Positions 1 through 58,633 of a stretch of DNA of 64,000 nt are shown here, piece after piece. The stretch comes from Balanoglossus misakiensis. Its lineage: Eukaryota; Animalia; Hemichordata. How positions within the stretch are numbered: the stretch's first letter is position 1; every line of letters starts with the position of its first letter. The DNA is taken from assembly GCA_040954595.2 (NCBI GenBank), contig CM082580.2, positions 5,508,783-5,572,782 on the forward strand, given 5' to 3'. The translations under genes and the position numbers were made by a program. The notes under the pieces are model-generated. The model saw only the letters and a program-made list of their open reading frames with translations, did not search any database and had not been told where the DNA came from.

Positions 1-160
1 GATTATAAGATATCCAGAAATATCGTATAAATCAAATTAATTCTTTGAAACTGCACAGACGTGTTTTTTTTCGGCAAATTGCTTTTTTTCAGCAGAAATT
101 AGAATCGCCGTTTCGCCGAATCGCCCCCCCCCCTCTCTCTCTCTCTCTCTCGATCCGTAC

Positions 161-232
161 CTTGTAAGTGAACAGTTGCAATAGCAGAACGTACTGTTAC
201 CAACTTGAAGCCAGTCTTCATCGTCAAAGCAA
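161..232 (-). CDS. Exon 4 of an unnamed signal-peptide, Cys-rich protein; gene probably continues beyond the left edge
   Basis: Minus-strand acceptor ttcttctgtttcaaaag and donor ag|gtacgg; 72 nt, phase 2-2, reads (S)CFDDEDWLQVGNSTFCYCNCSLT in frame with the upstream exons. Confidence 0.65.
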
Positions 233-714
233 CTTTTGAAACAGAAGAAGAAAACATTAAGAAAATAATGCTAAGTCAATGGTCATGTAACAAACAGCAT
301 AGAATCATAGTCTTTCTGCGTACCTGGGCGGGGGGGGGGGGGAATAAGACCAATAATTTTGTCTGATGCTGTACAAATGTTCGGTGTATTTCGGTTTTGA
401 TTTGTTTTTGTTGCGAATAATCAGAACGAAAGATGTCCCTTGCGTGGTAATTACATACGGGCTGTAATACTTGTGAACAGGAGGACATTTCAGCTTGATT
501 ATTTTTTTTTCTGTTTTGGAAACAATCAGGGGAATCCGTCGGACTTAACAATAACAGATAAATTCCTTGCTGTCATTTTTCCCCGCGTCAATCGTTAAGG
601 CTTACCACGTGATGCTTAAACCTAAATACATGTAAGTGCAACATAAGTGTCGTCAGAGGGCGCTTCCTGAAATATTTATTCCCACAGGAAAGAGTTGATA
701 TGAGCAGGTCGTAC

Positions 715-780
715 CTTATCAAGGAACAGTCGTTTGTGCAGCATGAACTCTCATCGGAGCAGATTTCTTCCAGGTCTGAC
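715..780 (-). CDS. Exon 3 of the signal-peptide, Cys-rich protein
   Basis: Acceptor ttgttatag, donor ag|gtacga; 66 nt, phase 2-2, (G)SDLEEICSDESSCCTNDCSLI; same frame as ORF 588..797. Confidence 0.65.
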
Positions 781-854
781 CTATAACAACGAATCAAATA
801 GCAAAGTCATCGGTGTGAAGAGGTCAATCACGTTCCCCACTGGATTCTTTTATG

Positions 855-1552
855 TGTTACGTAAGAGAAGTTTGCTGTTGTTTTGTGACCAGGTGTGTTT
901 TCGCTTTAAATACTTTCGTAATTTGAATTTAGCGTGACCAGGTGTGGTGCATTCATTATTTGCCCATATAAAAAGCCCGCACGTTGTGTTGCGGCGTAGC
1001 TACTAATTTGGACTTGCCCGCGTGAGCTGTTCTGTTCCTCGCCGGCTTGAAAGCTGTGCCTTGTTTCATGCTGCCCTGGTCTGGAAACCGCGCCCAGAAG
1101 TCGTGCTACCTCATGGGGGAATTCGTCTGAAAGCCGTGCCGTCTACCGGGGAATTGTGCCAGAACGCTACTCGGACTGAACGTCGTTGTTGGGACTGAAC
1201 GTCGTTGTTGGGACTGAACGTCGCTGTTGGGACTGCCGTGGTGCTGGTCGCGTTCGTCGTGCGCTACAGAACCTTGGACTCTAGTTTATTTTCATTTCCC
1301 ACACCTGGTCACATTTAAGGTAGTCATTTATTTTTGTGTGTTGTCTTCCCAGTGTACAATCTTTTTATATTTACCAATGTTTATAGTTGTAGTAATTAAA
1401 AGTTTCCATAAGCAAGGAAATAACGTGTGATGTGCCTATTGTTGACCGTCTTTGTTGCGTGCTGCGCTGGTTGGTTCACCAAAGCGAGCCATTCAGTAGC
1501 TCTATTTGCTCACTGCCCTGTTTCGGAACTGAACGGCCAGCGTGCCGTAACG
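855..1552. mobile_element. Probable solo LTR (698 bp)
   Basis: Termini TGTTACG...CGTAACG flanked by a 4-bp duplication TATG (851-854, 1553-1556); TATA-like catataaaa near 965, attaaa near 1395, internal 19-bp tandem ggactgaacgtcgttgttg at about 1173-1236, internal inverted gtgaccaggtgtg/cacacctggtcac. Confidence 0.6.
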
Positions 1553-1933
1553 TATGTCCTTGCGGTAGTGAGGCGTTTTTTTACGTCACATGTACGTACC
1601 TCGTGTCTGTACAGTTGCATTCACAACATGAAGCCTTTCCCTGACAATTCCCAAACACGATGCATCTGTAAGGGGAACAACACAATAGATCACATACATG
1701 AATTTCCTGCAGGTGGAAAACACCATGTTAGCATTGGGATGTAAAGAAAATTGCTGCACTAAATTTGATAAAAAAGCATCTACAGATACCAATCTAACAA
1801 GGTGATGGGCCAACTAACATCATGATAAATTTAGGAACAAATTGATAAATTCTAGCGACATGTGGCTGTAAAATGATTTCCTAAATTGGCTGTAAAGAAA
1901 ATAGCCCTGAAATTCCTGTTCGCAAACTTTTGT

Positions 1934-2092
1934 CATGACATCAATCTGACGTTGGATAGGGTTAATTGGTGGGGGCTGTGGTGCCAGGTTCGTTTGTCGC
2001 CAGCATGGAGTAATCTTTTATGCGAGCGGGAGATTTTGGATGGCATTTCTGGCGTGCCCATAGCCCCTATACAACGTCAGATTGATGTCATG
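1934..2092. repeat. Inverted repeat, possible MITE remnant
   Basis: catgacatcaatctgacgttggatagg pairs with cctatacaacgtcagattgatgtcatg with one mismatch. Confidence 0.6.
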
Positions 2093-2446
2093 CCATTTAA
2101 ATCGCTTGAGGTCTCATAGGTTGCGGGGTTAACGGAATGTTGGACAGTGACATATGGCTTATTCGAAGGGAAATGTCACAACCACGGAGTAAAAATAGTA
2201 ACTATTGTGTCTACGTTGTACAAATGGCGCTGTTAAGTGCCACTTTTCTATCAATGGGCGGCAGCTGTGAACTTGTTCCGTTTTTGTATTCTTTGTTCTG
2301 AGTAACGGCTGCGATTTTGTTCTACCTGCCACTGAGTAGCCTGTTGTGGAACGCCCGTTGTCAAATTGACTATTGAGCGTTTCGATCTCATCGGGGAGAA
2401 AAAGAAACCTTGGGTATCATGTGCAAACGGAAACATTATACACATG

Positions 2447-2459
2447 CTGTTGCTGCTTC

Positions 2460-2508
<49 letters not shown>

Positions 2509-2520
2509 GCTGTTGTTGTT
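2447..2520. repeat. (GTT)n microsatellite
   Basis: Direct reading; explains the poly-L, poly-C and poly-N ORFs. Confidence 0.95.
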
Positions 2521-3098
2521 TAAATCGGATACTTCGCGTTTCAGGGAGAATAACACGGAACTCCAGCTGATGCGCACTACAAATATCTTACGTATACCTC
2601 ATATCTTACATGTTTTTTAGCGTTTTAATATCGGAGCATGTTTGACTGAACCAATTTCCTAAACACCAAAGCTATAAACCGCAAATGCGTAATAATCTTC
2701 TGTAATGCCGGTTGAAGGTTGTTATTTTTTTATAATAAGCTTCCGAACGAAATTATGCACACTTGGTACACTGTGTCTGGCGCTTGCGCGTAAGCTGTTG
2801 TGTGACATGTCCTACACTACAGGTAACAGATTGCTCAAACGCCCTGTGAGTTTGAGCTTGGTGAACACTGCATGCCCGTACATTTTCTTTTCGCATGATC
2901 AGTTAATTGTTGCAGTATGCCATCTAAACATATCAATCAATCATAGGCTATCATTCAAGGCGAACCAATTACCCTAGAAACAGCAATGACCGTTAAGTTC
3001 CGGTCGTTGACAATTCGACTGTACACGGTCGAATATAGGAAACATGCCCACGATGGGAACTTTTATGCAGCATGTACCAAGAAAGTTTCAAGACTTAC

Positions 3099-3139
3099 CC
3101 GGACGAGTTGATATCGTTTACTTCATCCTCCGCATTTAT
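3099..3139 (-). CDS. Exon 2 of the signal-peptide, Cys-rich protein
   Basis: Strong acceptor ctctctcttttgtgcag and donor gg|gtaagt; 41 nt, phase 0-2, INAEDEVNDINSS(G). Confidence 0.7.
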
Positions 3140-5464
3140 CTGCACAAAAGAGAGAGAGAGTATATATAGTAGTGTACATGTATTGTATTGTATTGTGTCG
3201 TATCGTCTCGTCTCGTCTCGTCTCGTCTCGTATTGTATTGTATTGTTGCGTCCTGTAATATTGTGGTCAATATTATGCACTTGTGTTGCCCTTGTCCGTA
3301 GAAGTCGAATTGATAAAACTTCCGAGGGTACACATAAATTAAACGAGTTGTATGCTGACCCAAATCGTCCACTTTTGTCGTTTTATTACAACAGTGTTGC
3401 TGGTACGAACCGACAATGCCAGGCGTACACAGGTAAAATTGGCAAAAACCTTTTTATGGCAACCCGTAAACCAGTCACGAAATAATGAGAAATAGCCCCG
3501 AGTAAAAGTTATAGTCGTCTCATGAGACCGCATTTTACGGTTAAATTTACATAAAATATGACCAATCATGGTCAAAAATGCGTGCCTAAGTCTTCGGACA
3601 ACCTGTCGCGTTGCCACCCCTAAATTTATGATGGGCTATCTCAACTTCCTATCATGATAACAGTGAGCAACACGCTTTTGACCATATATGGGCATATTTA
3701 TGTCGGACTTTATTAGGTTATGTTAAGTTTGGCACTGGTGCAGTTCTAGCAATCAGAGAATGGTTGGAGTATTTTTCAACAAACTATATTTTGTCTGTAT
3801 TAAGACATGAAATATATGGTTCTACTTTACCGGGTCACAAGCAAATGGATATACCGTTTTTCGGACGCCAATCGACTCTTAAAATTAAAAACAAAATTTG
3901 GAGTTCAAGGCCAGGATGATTTTCTAGCAACATGCGTGTGTAGTAAGTGACGTCATTGTATATGCCACCTTGAAATACTTGCAGGTACATGTACGCACTT
4001 GTCAAAAGTCTCAACGTATCATCCGCTTTACGTTATACCTTGAAATATTTGCGGGTAATCTGAGCTGACAAACGATGCCTTTCTCCTGCAGGTGAACGTG
4101 ATCAACATAAATTATGTGAAACGGTCTTGTTCGGGAACAAAGAACGATTGATAAACTTACAGAAAAACAAATGTTGTTGCCCCGTGTGGAAAAACCGCGA
4201 GTACACATTTACTCTCTGTCAGACATTCTTGGTCTCGCGACTTATTAACTCTAACTTTTTAAGTAATTGCTTAACTTCCAGCAAAAAGACTTGCAACGAA
4301 GCAGTTTTACGTCAACCTACGCGCGCGGCTAGCTCGTGAATCTTCGGTCACCGTGGCAGGAATTCGTATTGTTTGTATACGTTTCCCCGCTTCCGTGCAT
4401 TTTGAGGCGACTCGAATTAAGCATGCATTTTGCCACATATGACAGCAAGGCTATTTTAATGTAATTAAAGTTAACCAATTCTGTCTGAGATACCATATAC
4501 AACTGGCTAATCCTTTACACATTTAACATTACTCTCTACGCATAATACCAAGAATTCACTGTACATTAGAGCTTGCGCTATACATATATAGCTGAGGATT
4601 GACGAATAGTCACATATACGCGCATTGTTAGAGACTGCGTATATTGAAAATCAATTAATATTGCATTGATAAAACTGTCCTGCGTGCATGGTATTTGTGT
4701 AAGCCCATTCAATTTTCTCGCATTTATTTTTAGACATTGCGAGGTAGGAAAAACAACCGATGTAAGCTATGTGAGGTGAAACAGGCAAGGTCTATTAGTT
4801 GTACAGTAAATAAAATGCACCCGATATAAAGATAATCTTTTTAAGATGGATTAAAGGGAATAAAATAGACGGGCTAAGCAGTGAGAGTGAGAGGCTATAA
4901 AATAAAATAAAAAAAACTGTATAGATGATGGATAAAAATACATTTCAATGAAGGGGTCAAATTTATCAGGGAAAAAGAAATTATCGGTTACACGGGTTTA
5001 CTTTCCCCGGCTCATTATCTCTTTAAGTTGAAAACTAAAACTATGTGCTAACTACGAACACTTGCATTATCTCTGGTATCAGTCTGGTGGTTGCACTCAC
5101 TGTTATCATTAAAAAGTGAGGAAAAAATCAAAACATCAAAGACCAGGGTGACGAAATAGAAGCAAATGAAAAAGCTTAATGCAAGTATAACAGAGTGAAA
5201 TAAATATAGTCGCGTGACAAAACATGAAGATATGGTACCAGAAGTGAGACTTGACAATATAACAATGGCAAATGCATTTGATTTGTATAGTGATCGAGAC
5301 ATAGGAGTGTTCTGCTAGACTCTGAAGGTGCACCGTTAACCGTTGGTCGACCAACCGTTTCCGAACTCACAGAATGAGCACTTTTTTTACCGGACTAACT
5401 TGAGATGGTGACGCGTCGGCATGCTGACGGTCACCGCGCACGATAATACCGTAATTCCACTTAC

Positions 5465-5527
5465 CGGAATGGCGCCAAAAATGATGGCGAGACAGACGAG
5501 CGTGGTTTTCGCGGCGAGACTCCACAT
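5465..5527 (-). CDS. First coding exon (signal peptide) of an unnamed secreted or membrane protein
   Basis: ATG at 5527 reads MWSLAAKTTLVCLAIIFGAIP, then a perfect gtaagt donor in phase 0; lies in a locally CpG-rich segment. Confidence 0.7.
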
Positions 5528-7051
5528 TTCGGTGACCTGGGCTGAACAGTGCGCAAAATGGACTGCCGTTTGAAGGTCACATCTCGTAGTACAATATCAG
5601 TATCGGGCCGCGCTTAATTTAGAATTCGTCACGTGAAGTGCCTGATGACAGCAGCACAATTGTGTGCGTTATTTTGACTGTGTGTTTTATTCAAATGAAT
5701 TGGGGGGTGTCGGGTTGGCTTGCCCTCAATTTCGGAAATCTTTGTGAACCGAAGTTAGCTTTTTAGAACCTGCCGCTGCTTGGCTGGGTTACTGTTGCAA
5801 TGTTGTAGCAGAGTCAACATAGAAACGTCAGTCATTCATCACATGTTTTGAAATAATCTACCAACTTCAGTTTATTCGCTTGAGTTACATACACAGTCGT
5901 TCGAGGGTACCGAGAAATAGGCCCAACTTGTCCGAGGAGCTTTGTTGGAATCATGACTGAAAGTTTAAGTTCTTCGTGTTCATTTTAAAGTAGTCATATA
6001 CTGTACGATACTTTGTTAAAGGCACTGCTCGCTGCATGGACGACCCCCTCCCCCCTCGTCCGCTTTTTTGCAAGCACCGTTCCGTGGTTTGGCTTTTCAT
6101 CAGGACAAATCTGTATTCTTCTCAAGTCATGTCATTATCTTGCATTGAACAGTAACCTGAGTATAACCTTTGGTTCTTTTCATGCACAAAGGACACAAAA
6201 AAAACGCCGTGAGCCGCGGGTCAGAATGATGACTCGTACCAGCATCGGTCGAGTCTGTAGAGTGTGTGATTGAGATTTCGCCGTGTGGTATGAGTAAGTG
6301 GGTCTCAGAATTACGTTTTTTGGCCCCCTTATTTTTTTTTTGGGGGGGGGGGGGTCACTCGAAGCTGCCTTTCTCGTATGTTCCTGCACGCGGGCTCGGT
6401 TCATCTTGCAGGAAACAAGACATATCAGGTCGAACACCTGCAGTGCTCAGCTGATGTTATTTTCGCCGTGAATACCACTGAAGGGTATTACAGTTCGCCG
6501 TGTACGTGGGTACAGCCTGACGATACAATGCATGGCCTTGACAGCTTTGACTTACGCTCTTTGGTCAATTTTACAATATAGTTACTTTTTCAATCTAGAC
6601 GTGCGCCACCTACGTTCAAAGCGCCATTGACTGTAACTTCGTGTTTTGTGTAAATACAAGAGTTTAATGTTCTTACATGTATTTCTAAAAGTATTTCTTA
6701 AGTATTATGACCCAGTCTGTAGGTTACCAACGCAATATAGTCAGTATTTTATACTGTTGCAGAAAATTGCACTGTTGTCCGGGGTAAAAGTCATTGCTGA
6801 ACATGTAGATACATGTATGCAAGTGCATACATGTTATGTTGACAAGCAGAATACCGGATCACCTTGTGGGTGCAATTTATGTACTAGTTAATGGCATTCG
6901 ATACACACCAGAACAATAATACGTAATAACAAACAGAAAATGTTACAGCTAATTTTCAACTCTATTTCACAATTCCACTGTAAGGTTGAAGTAGGATATA
7001 TATAATAGATGGTCAGCTTATTATACTACGACGCCGTCATGTACGTATTGC

Positions 7052-7071
7052 CGTTGTTGTTGTTGCTGCTC

Positions 7072-7123
<52 letters not shown>
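7052..7123. repeat. (GTT)n microsatellite
   Basis: Direct reading. Confidence 0.95.
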
Positions 7124-7125
<2 letters not shown>

Positions 7126-9633
7126 TCAAAGGACACATCTATCCATGTTGACAGATAACCAAATTATCACGTCAGTATTTATTACATAGAATGACATATT
7201 AGTCACGTGGTGTTTACGTGTCACCTTCCGGAAGTATGACAACGCATTAGCTGAAACAAGTTACTGGTATGGTATTGATCTCGCAAACATTTCAATGTAC
7301 CATGGAATATTCACATGTAGCGTTTTCGTGTTAAAAACACAACTGTGTTGAGTGAAACAACTGGGAGGCAATATTTTATTGCGCTCTCATTCCTATAGGG
7401 TACCATTTAACCCCCCCCCCCTAAAAAAATGCCCTGACTATTATCTTCTAACGGCAATTAAAATTGTATTTATGCGTTTATGGGAAATACGTATGGTCGC
7501 ATACATTAATATATTTCAGTGTGCTGAGGTCAGGGTCTTTCCACAAGCGTATGAACAACTAAAAGCTACACTAGCAATTAAAAGATACTAGTAGTCTTTG
7601 TACAGCAAGTATTTGAATGTTCTGTTCTAGGTTCAACACCATTCTTCGTGTCCATTAACGATATTAGTAACATGTCAAACGCACAAACCAAGGTTACTGC
7701 TCCCGCCAAAGTGCTTGGTGATACTGCTGTAATATTAATTGCGTATAGTACTCACATGACTGACCTTCTAGAACTGTCAATTTTTACAGGTCAACGACCT
7801 CATTAAAGCACACCCCGTCTTCTAGAAAAAGATTTTTTTGTAATCTTTTGCAAAAAGAGATGTTGGAATTGTTGACGATGGTATACATGCACACAAAACG
7901 ATTGGAACTATTTTGAGATGGTTGCATACGTCGATAAAATTGTGAACAAGAATAGTTGCATTTGTTGCACACGTGGATATAGAAATTTTAATAGGCCTAT
8001 TGTTTAAACAGGCCAACGTGACGAAAAACTGCTGGTATGTAGTACCTTACTATATCTTAATATAAAAACTGTCAATTCATCTACATGCAATTATCCTAAA
8101 ATAGTTCCAATCATGTTACATGTACAGGCAAAATACGAGAGAGGCGAGGCGGTCTGCTAATATATTGTTGCCTAGGTCAAATTTCTGCACCATCAACTCC
8201 GCCTTAATAAAATATCACTGATCTTCACATTTATCTTTCCACAGAAAGTTTTGATGAATGTTGACACTTCAGACAGATTGGAATAACATCACACAGACTC
8301 CAAAATGCTGAAATGGTGGAGAAGTTTCGCTGAAGGCTGCTGAATTTGCGTGAAAATTATCAAAGACGATCTCTCAATCGGCCACCCTCTTGCAATAAAA
8401 ACAATGACGGCTACGTCACTTGCTTAAAGTGAAAGTGTCGTCGCTTAAAGTTAATTATAAAAAACGATAAATGCATTTCTCGTGATGTCATACTCCTAGC
8501 GTGACTGGGGTTCCATACGTCGCAAGCAAAACCCTGCGCTATGAATTTATCCATTTATACATTCATAGGTGCATCAACGCATCATGAATATTTGACGAGA
8601 TTTGATGAGCATTCGTGTTGAGCGACAACGCTGATGTGTCTTTCGTAATTTACCATTGCCATTTATTTTATTATTTCATTCCAAACAAATACATTAATCC
8701 GACGTTGTAGTGGGGTAACCTTGGCGCAAGAAAATTTCCGCTTCGTCGCAGCATTATTGAAGCATGAAAATAGCCAAACACTTGAGTGTACATGGATGGG
8801 TCAATGATGTATAGTTAGCAGAGCAGGTATAGTTAGCAGAGCAGTGTCGGTATCGGCCGGTATTCTCGGTTGGGATAATCCCCGTACTTTCTTTCCCGTA
8901 AGCACTGAACTTTGCACCATACTGCTTGTTACGTCATCATGTGTGCAGACAAATCAACGCGTCATTAATATTTTACGGGTTTATTACATTATGAAGAATT
9001 CAGTAGTTGAAATAACTGACGAACAAGGACACACCATGTCCATTTGATACTGATCTTAAACGGTGGCGATTTTTCAGCTTTGTGATATCTGTTTCCAAAC
9101 GACAAGTCTGTGAAAAATCGTTAAGACGTACTGACGTGTATACGTGAAATGACGACACCCCCGTAACGCGCCACATTCATAAACGTGTCCAGATTAATAA
9201 AACAACGTAATAGCTGGTAGCCCGCAGAAGACAAACAATAAAATTAATCGAATTCGATAACAGATAGCGCGGATAATCCGAATCCATCGTTATTATTGTT
9301 AAATAAGTAATAACCACGACTGACGACAGACTAAGGTCCACTGTGGCTCGACAAACTATGGCAGAAACGGTAATGACCATTGAATGCCGTCGGCTTCTCG
9401 ATGTCCGTTTGATATTCTCTTCGCCAAATTGGAGATCAACACAAACCTATCGGCGAAATCAAATTTTCACAGCGGAGAACAAATTTTGCAGACAACAGAA
9501 AAGCAATCACAAAGACGCGCGTAATCCCCCCAACACACCACCAACTTCAAATCAACTTCCGAGAAGAAAAAAGAAAAAAAAATTGCTGTAAGACGATTGA
9601 AGATCCTCGCTCTGTTTTCACGTCATGGTCGAC

Positions 9634-9647
9634 GTCGTCATGGAAAC
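9634..9647. promoter_or_regulatory. Candidate RFX X-box
   Basis: GTCGTCATGGAAAC resembles the X-box consensus GTTGCCATGGCAAC; motif match only. Confidence 0.3.
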
Positions 9648-11844
9648 GTGTGAAACTTCATTAAATTCATAACACTAATGTGCGTTGTCCTTAATGATCG
9701 TTTATGTTTACTGTAGACATCGTTAATAGATTGTATTCATGTATCTCGCTAGGAGACACTACTTTTAAAATATGCAAAACATTCCATCTGCTTTTCTTGG
9801 ATCTGTGAACATTTTATTACAAGCCGCGGGCAACATGATTAGCCAAGGGAAAATAAGCTCGTTTAAGATGCGATATTTTTTCTTGCTGCCAAATAAGATC
9901 CATTACAACCCAGTTAGTTCTATTATATGAAAATGAACAAAGACCCCAATCTGCAGTCTGTTCGCATCAGCAATTCATGAAATCCCGTACAGCTTCACAA
10001 AATTCGCGTGTGATGTCTATGTGTCGACGTGACAGGCGACGAAAGGTATTACACATGTATAATTAACATGTTTTCAACATTTTGATGACAAAGCTGACGT
10101 CAAGATCGTTACAGAAAATAAGACTTACTTTTTACCAACTTGGAGCTTCTTTGATCGGCGCTTACACCGACAGATAACTTCATATGTTGCAGATAATCTA
10201 CCCATTCGTCGATGGAAAATGAAAAACTTCATAAATGTTACAGTAATGGTGAACATTAATCCTCACTGATAACATCGTACACAGACGAGTAATCTTGTAA
10301 ATTGTACTTTATCGATGAGTAATGGTTGATGATTATGTATATATTTCAAACTGGTCGAGTTTAATCGAGTTTAACGGGGAAAATATCAAGTGTATAGAAC
10401 GCGGGCGTGTTAATACATGTATGCATATACAATGACGGTTACCATAATGTTGTTATTAACGTTGTGCACTAATTATACACGGTTATGCTAACTGGGCATG
10501 TTTTTTCTGGTCATGTAGTCGATGTTTTTCAATCTATAAAGTATCGTGAAATTAGTGAGATTTTTAATATACGCCGTGCGAGAACCTACAGTTAGGGTAA
10601 TCTTTCAATGAAGGGTTTCACCCAAATCCATGGTGCTCAGGTATGTCGAAAACCGTGTGGGAAACTGAGGGTGTGAAGTCATTTCACACGTACCCCCATG
10701 TTAGCATTTTTGGCCGGGTACTCTCCGTGCCTTTACTTGCATATACATGTATGCGATTCCACTCGCAAGACAGCGTCATTAAATTGACACACAACCCACG
10801 TCGTGGAGGTGTACTGTTCTGTATACCGAAATATGCATATAGATAGTCTGATCTGACCAGGGTGACCATTGACTCCACAAACGACGTGCTTGGAGTGACC
10901 ATCGAAATGTTGGATGCTTTTTGGCCGTAGACATCACAGCGATTTTAAAATACATGTCTCGTATCTGATCGTTGAATACTAGTACACGATCGCCTTCTGG
11001 GTAAACTGTATCATCGCACTAGAAGGGTAATTTTCATTAAAATTACATGTGTTAACCAGACTCATCTATATACAAAGTGCGTTTGTACAGACCATTAATT
11101 TACCACACCTCGCCAACGCTTTATTGGCAATGATCCGTACCGTAGCCACGTGGAATATATTTTTAGCATTATTATTTTCGTTTCGGCAGATTTTTTTTAC
11201 TGTAGGCGAATCATCAGCGAGATATTACTACTATTTAACAATTATTTATTAGACTCAAATGTCATTTTACCCTCCACTCGATCTGCTCATCCATACACAC
11301 GGTCGCAAAATTACTCAACTGAATAAATGTACATGCACTCAGAAATCAAACAATGTCAATGACCATTAAACAATGCCTACAAATGCTTTGTTTTCGCTCC
11401 CTATTCTTAATTACGCTGGATGATAATCAAGTTTCGCTCGCAAACTGGGGTTATTTATCAATTAAGCATTTAGTCATGTAAAATTGTAATTTCCTCCAAA
11501 TGCGTGGATCACTTTTTTTAAAAGGTGGGGGGTTTGGAATCCGATCATTCTATTTCTGTACAATACAATATTCACGCCCCTGGGAGGTGTCCATTTAGAT
11601 GTCCCCGAAGGTCGAAAGTATTCTGTAACTAATGCATTTACACTAGTCTCATACATTGCTCCAAAACTACCCACGTACATGTACAGAGAGTCTTGTACAC
11701 AAGCTGATTAGCATGAGATTAAAATATCAGGCATTATACTAGTGTTTGTTGTTCAACATCAAAGATCCCACCCGCGCCTCCCAACAACGTACGCGCAAAG
11801 GCCACTGAGTACCAGCATCCTGCCCGTCATCAACGGAGGTATCA

Positions 11845-11900
11845 ATGCAAATATGCAAATTAATGCAACAGTCACAGCGCGCTGCTATTCATATGCAAAT
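11845..11900 (+). promoter_or_regulatory. Cluster of three octamer (POU) motifs upstream of the channel start codon
   Basis: ATGCAAAT at 11845-11852, 11853-11860 and 11893-11900. Confidence 0.4.
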
Positions 11901-12047
11901 ATTCTAACTTGTTGATTGCCGAGGCGTCCACTATTGACAGGGGGCCCGTAAGTACTGTTCCACACCGTCACAACGTAAACAACTCCCTGCTGAGAACATG
12001 GTCTTGTCGCATCTAATCGATACGTTTGGCTTGAACTTAACTTTGGC

Positions 12048-57252
<45,205 letters not shown>

Positions 57253-58514
57253 CGTGGTTTACGGAAGTGTTCCTCCTTTCCTGCGTCACTGTGACGTCAC
57301 GGTCTCGCAATCGCACAAGTCAAGTCTCGCACATTAAAAGTCGTTCGCAAGCGCCATCCTGAGAAGAGCATTTACAGTCAACCATTTCGCGCGAAAGTGG
57401 CCTGTCAACCATTTACGTGCGTCATACGTGAAACTTATTTTGAAATCTCTGACCGATAGAGTATCATCAGTAGTAACATGGTTTCTCTAGGGTCTATGCA
57501 TATGGTATCGGGAACCTCATAAGAACTAAAAAAAATAAGAATATTTTGTCACCAGTAACTTGCAATTTACAGAATTTCTGCTAATTTTCTTTTTCTATAG
57601 TGGTTTACCTTTCGATACATAGGCACTCGCCGTTGTTATTATGTACATATCTCTCTTTATGTATATATTATATATTTAATAGTACTGTATTTTTTCTTGT
57701 AGTTAAATCTTCGTAAATACATGAATACCACATTTTTTTATAAATGCGTTTCTTGTTTTTTCTTCTGTTTTGCGGTCGTAATCCACATACATGTACCTTC
57801 AATCATGCGCAACAGACGATATTTATATCGGAAAACAAAACACCACGATAGACGCAACCACCAGTAGGTGACACGTTTATATTTCCGTCACAAATTTACA
57901 AAATAAACTACATATTCCCAGTGCAACCCTTGATGAACGATTACATGATCTGGATATGTGATTAGAACAAATTCCACAAAATGTTTGATCGTGTCAAAAT
58001 TGTCAAAAACTCACAAAAATTGTAGCCGTTTTGGTCCATTTTATCTCATCATAAGAAACTTCTTTATAGAAATATTTGGTGTGGCTCGTAGTCAATAAAC
58101 ATATTGCATTTGCACCATTGGATGGCGCTCGTCGCGCACAGTCAGTTGTGAGTGCTCGGTCCTCTCGCTCCAGCGTGTAGCATGGTGAGCGTCACGGTGA
58201 TCAAAGCTGATTGCCGTCCGCTGGGCGATAAAACACTAGGAGTTATCGGTGAGGGCGTGGTATGAAATTCGAGGTTGACGGTAGGTGCGGTGGGTGCTCT
58301 TCAGTCTCGGCCGCTGTACAGGCAGCTTTGAGTCAAGTATTAACATGAAAGTACAACTGACCTGATCAACTCGTTGAACTGCTCTTGTGTGCGTATAGGT
58401 AAGCCCTGTCGACTGTTATTCAGAACTGCTGCTATTGGGAATGTGACGGTAATGTCCGGCAGTGAATGTTCATCTAATTAAACGCCCAACGCGAACACTC
58501 TTTGTCAACGGCCC

Positions 58515-58633
58515 TCATAGCACGGTCACCTTCTGTTCCACAAATTCCGCCGAGACAGCCACGTGACCGGAAACTTGGTATCCACCGCTGAGGCTGCTCC
58601 CCATCTGGTAACCGCGACTTCCTTTCTGAAAAG
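58515..58633 (-). CDS. Probable last coding exon of the class A GPCR
   Basis: Acceptor ttgcag in phase 1 gives AFQKGSRGYQ...EQKVTVL*; a second AG 8 nt downstream would give a different frame. Confidence 0.55.

Noticed and set aside
1-50. Acceptor at 51-53 as the next exon of the left-hand gene
   Set aside because: The required frame stops after five codons; a true terminal exon cannot be told from chance at the window edge
2251-2620. Poly-N, poly-L and poly-C ORFs
   Set aside because: Products of the (GTT)n tract
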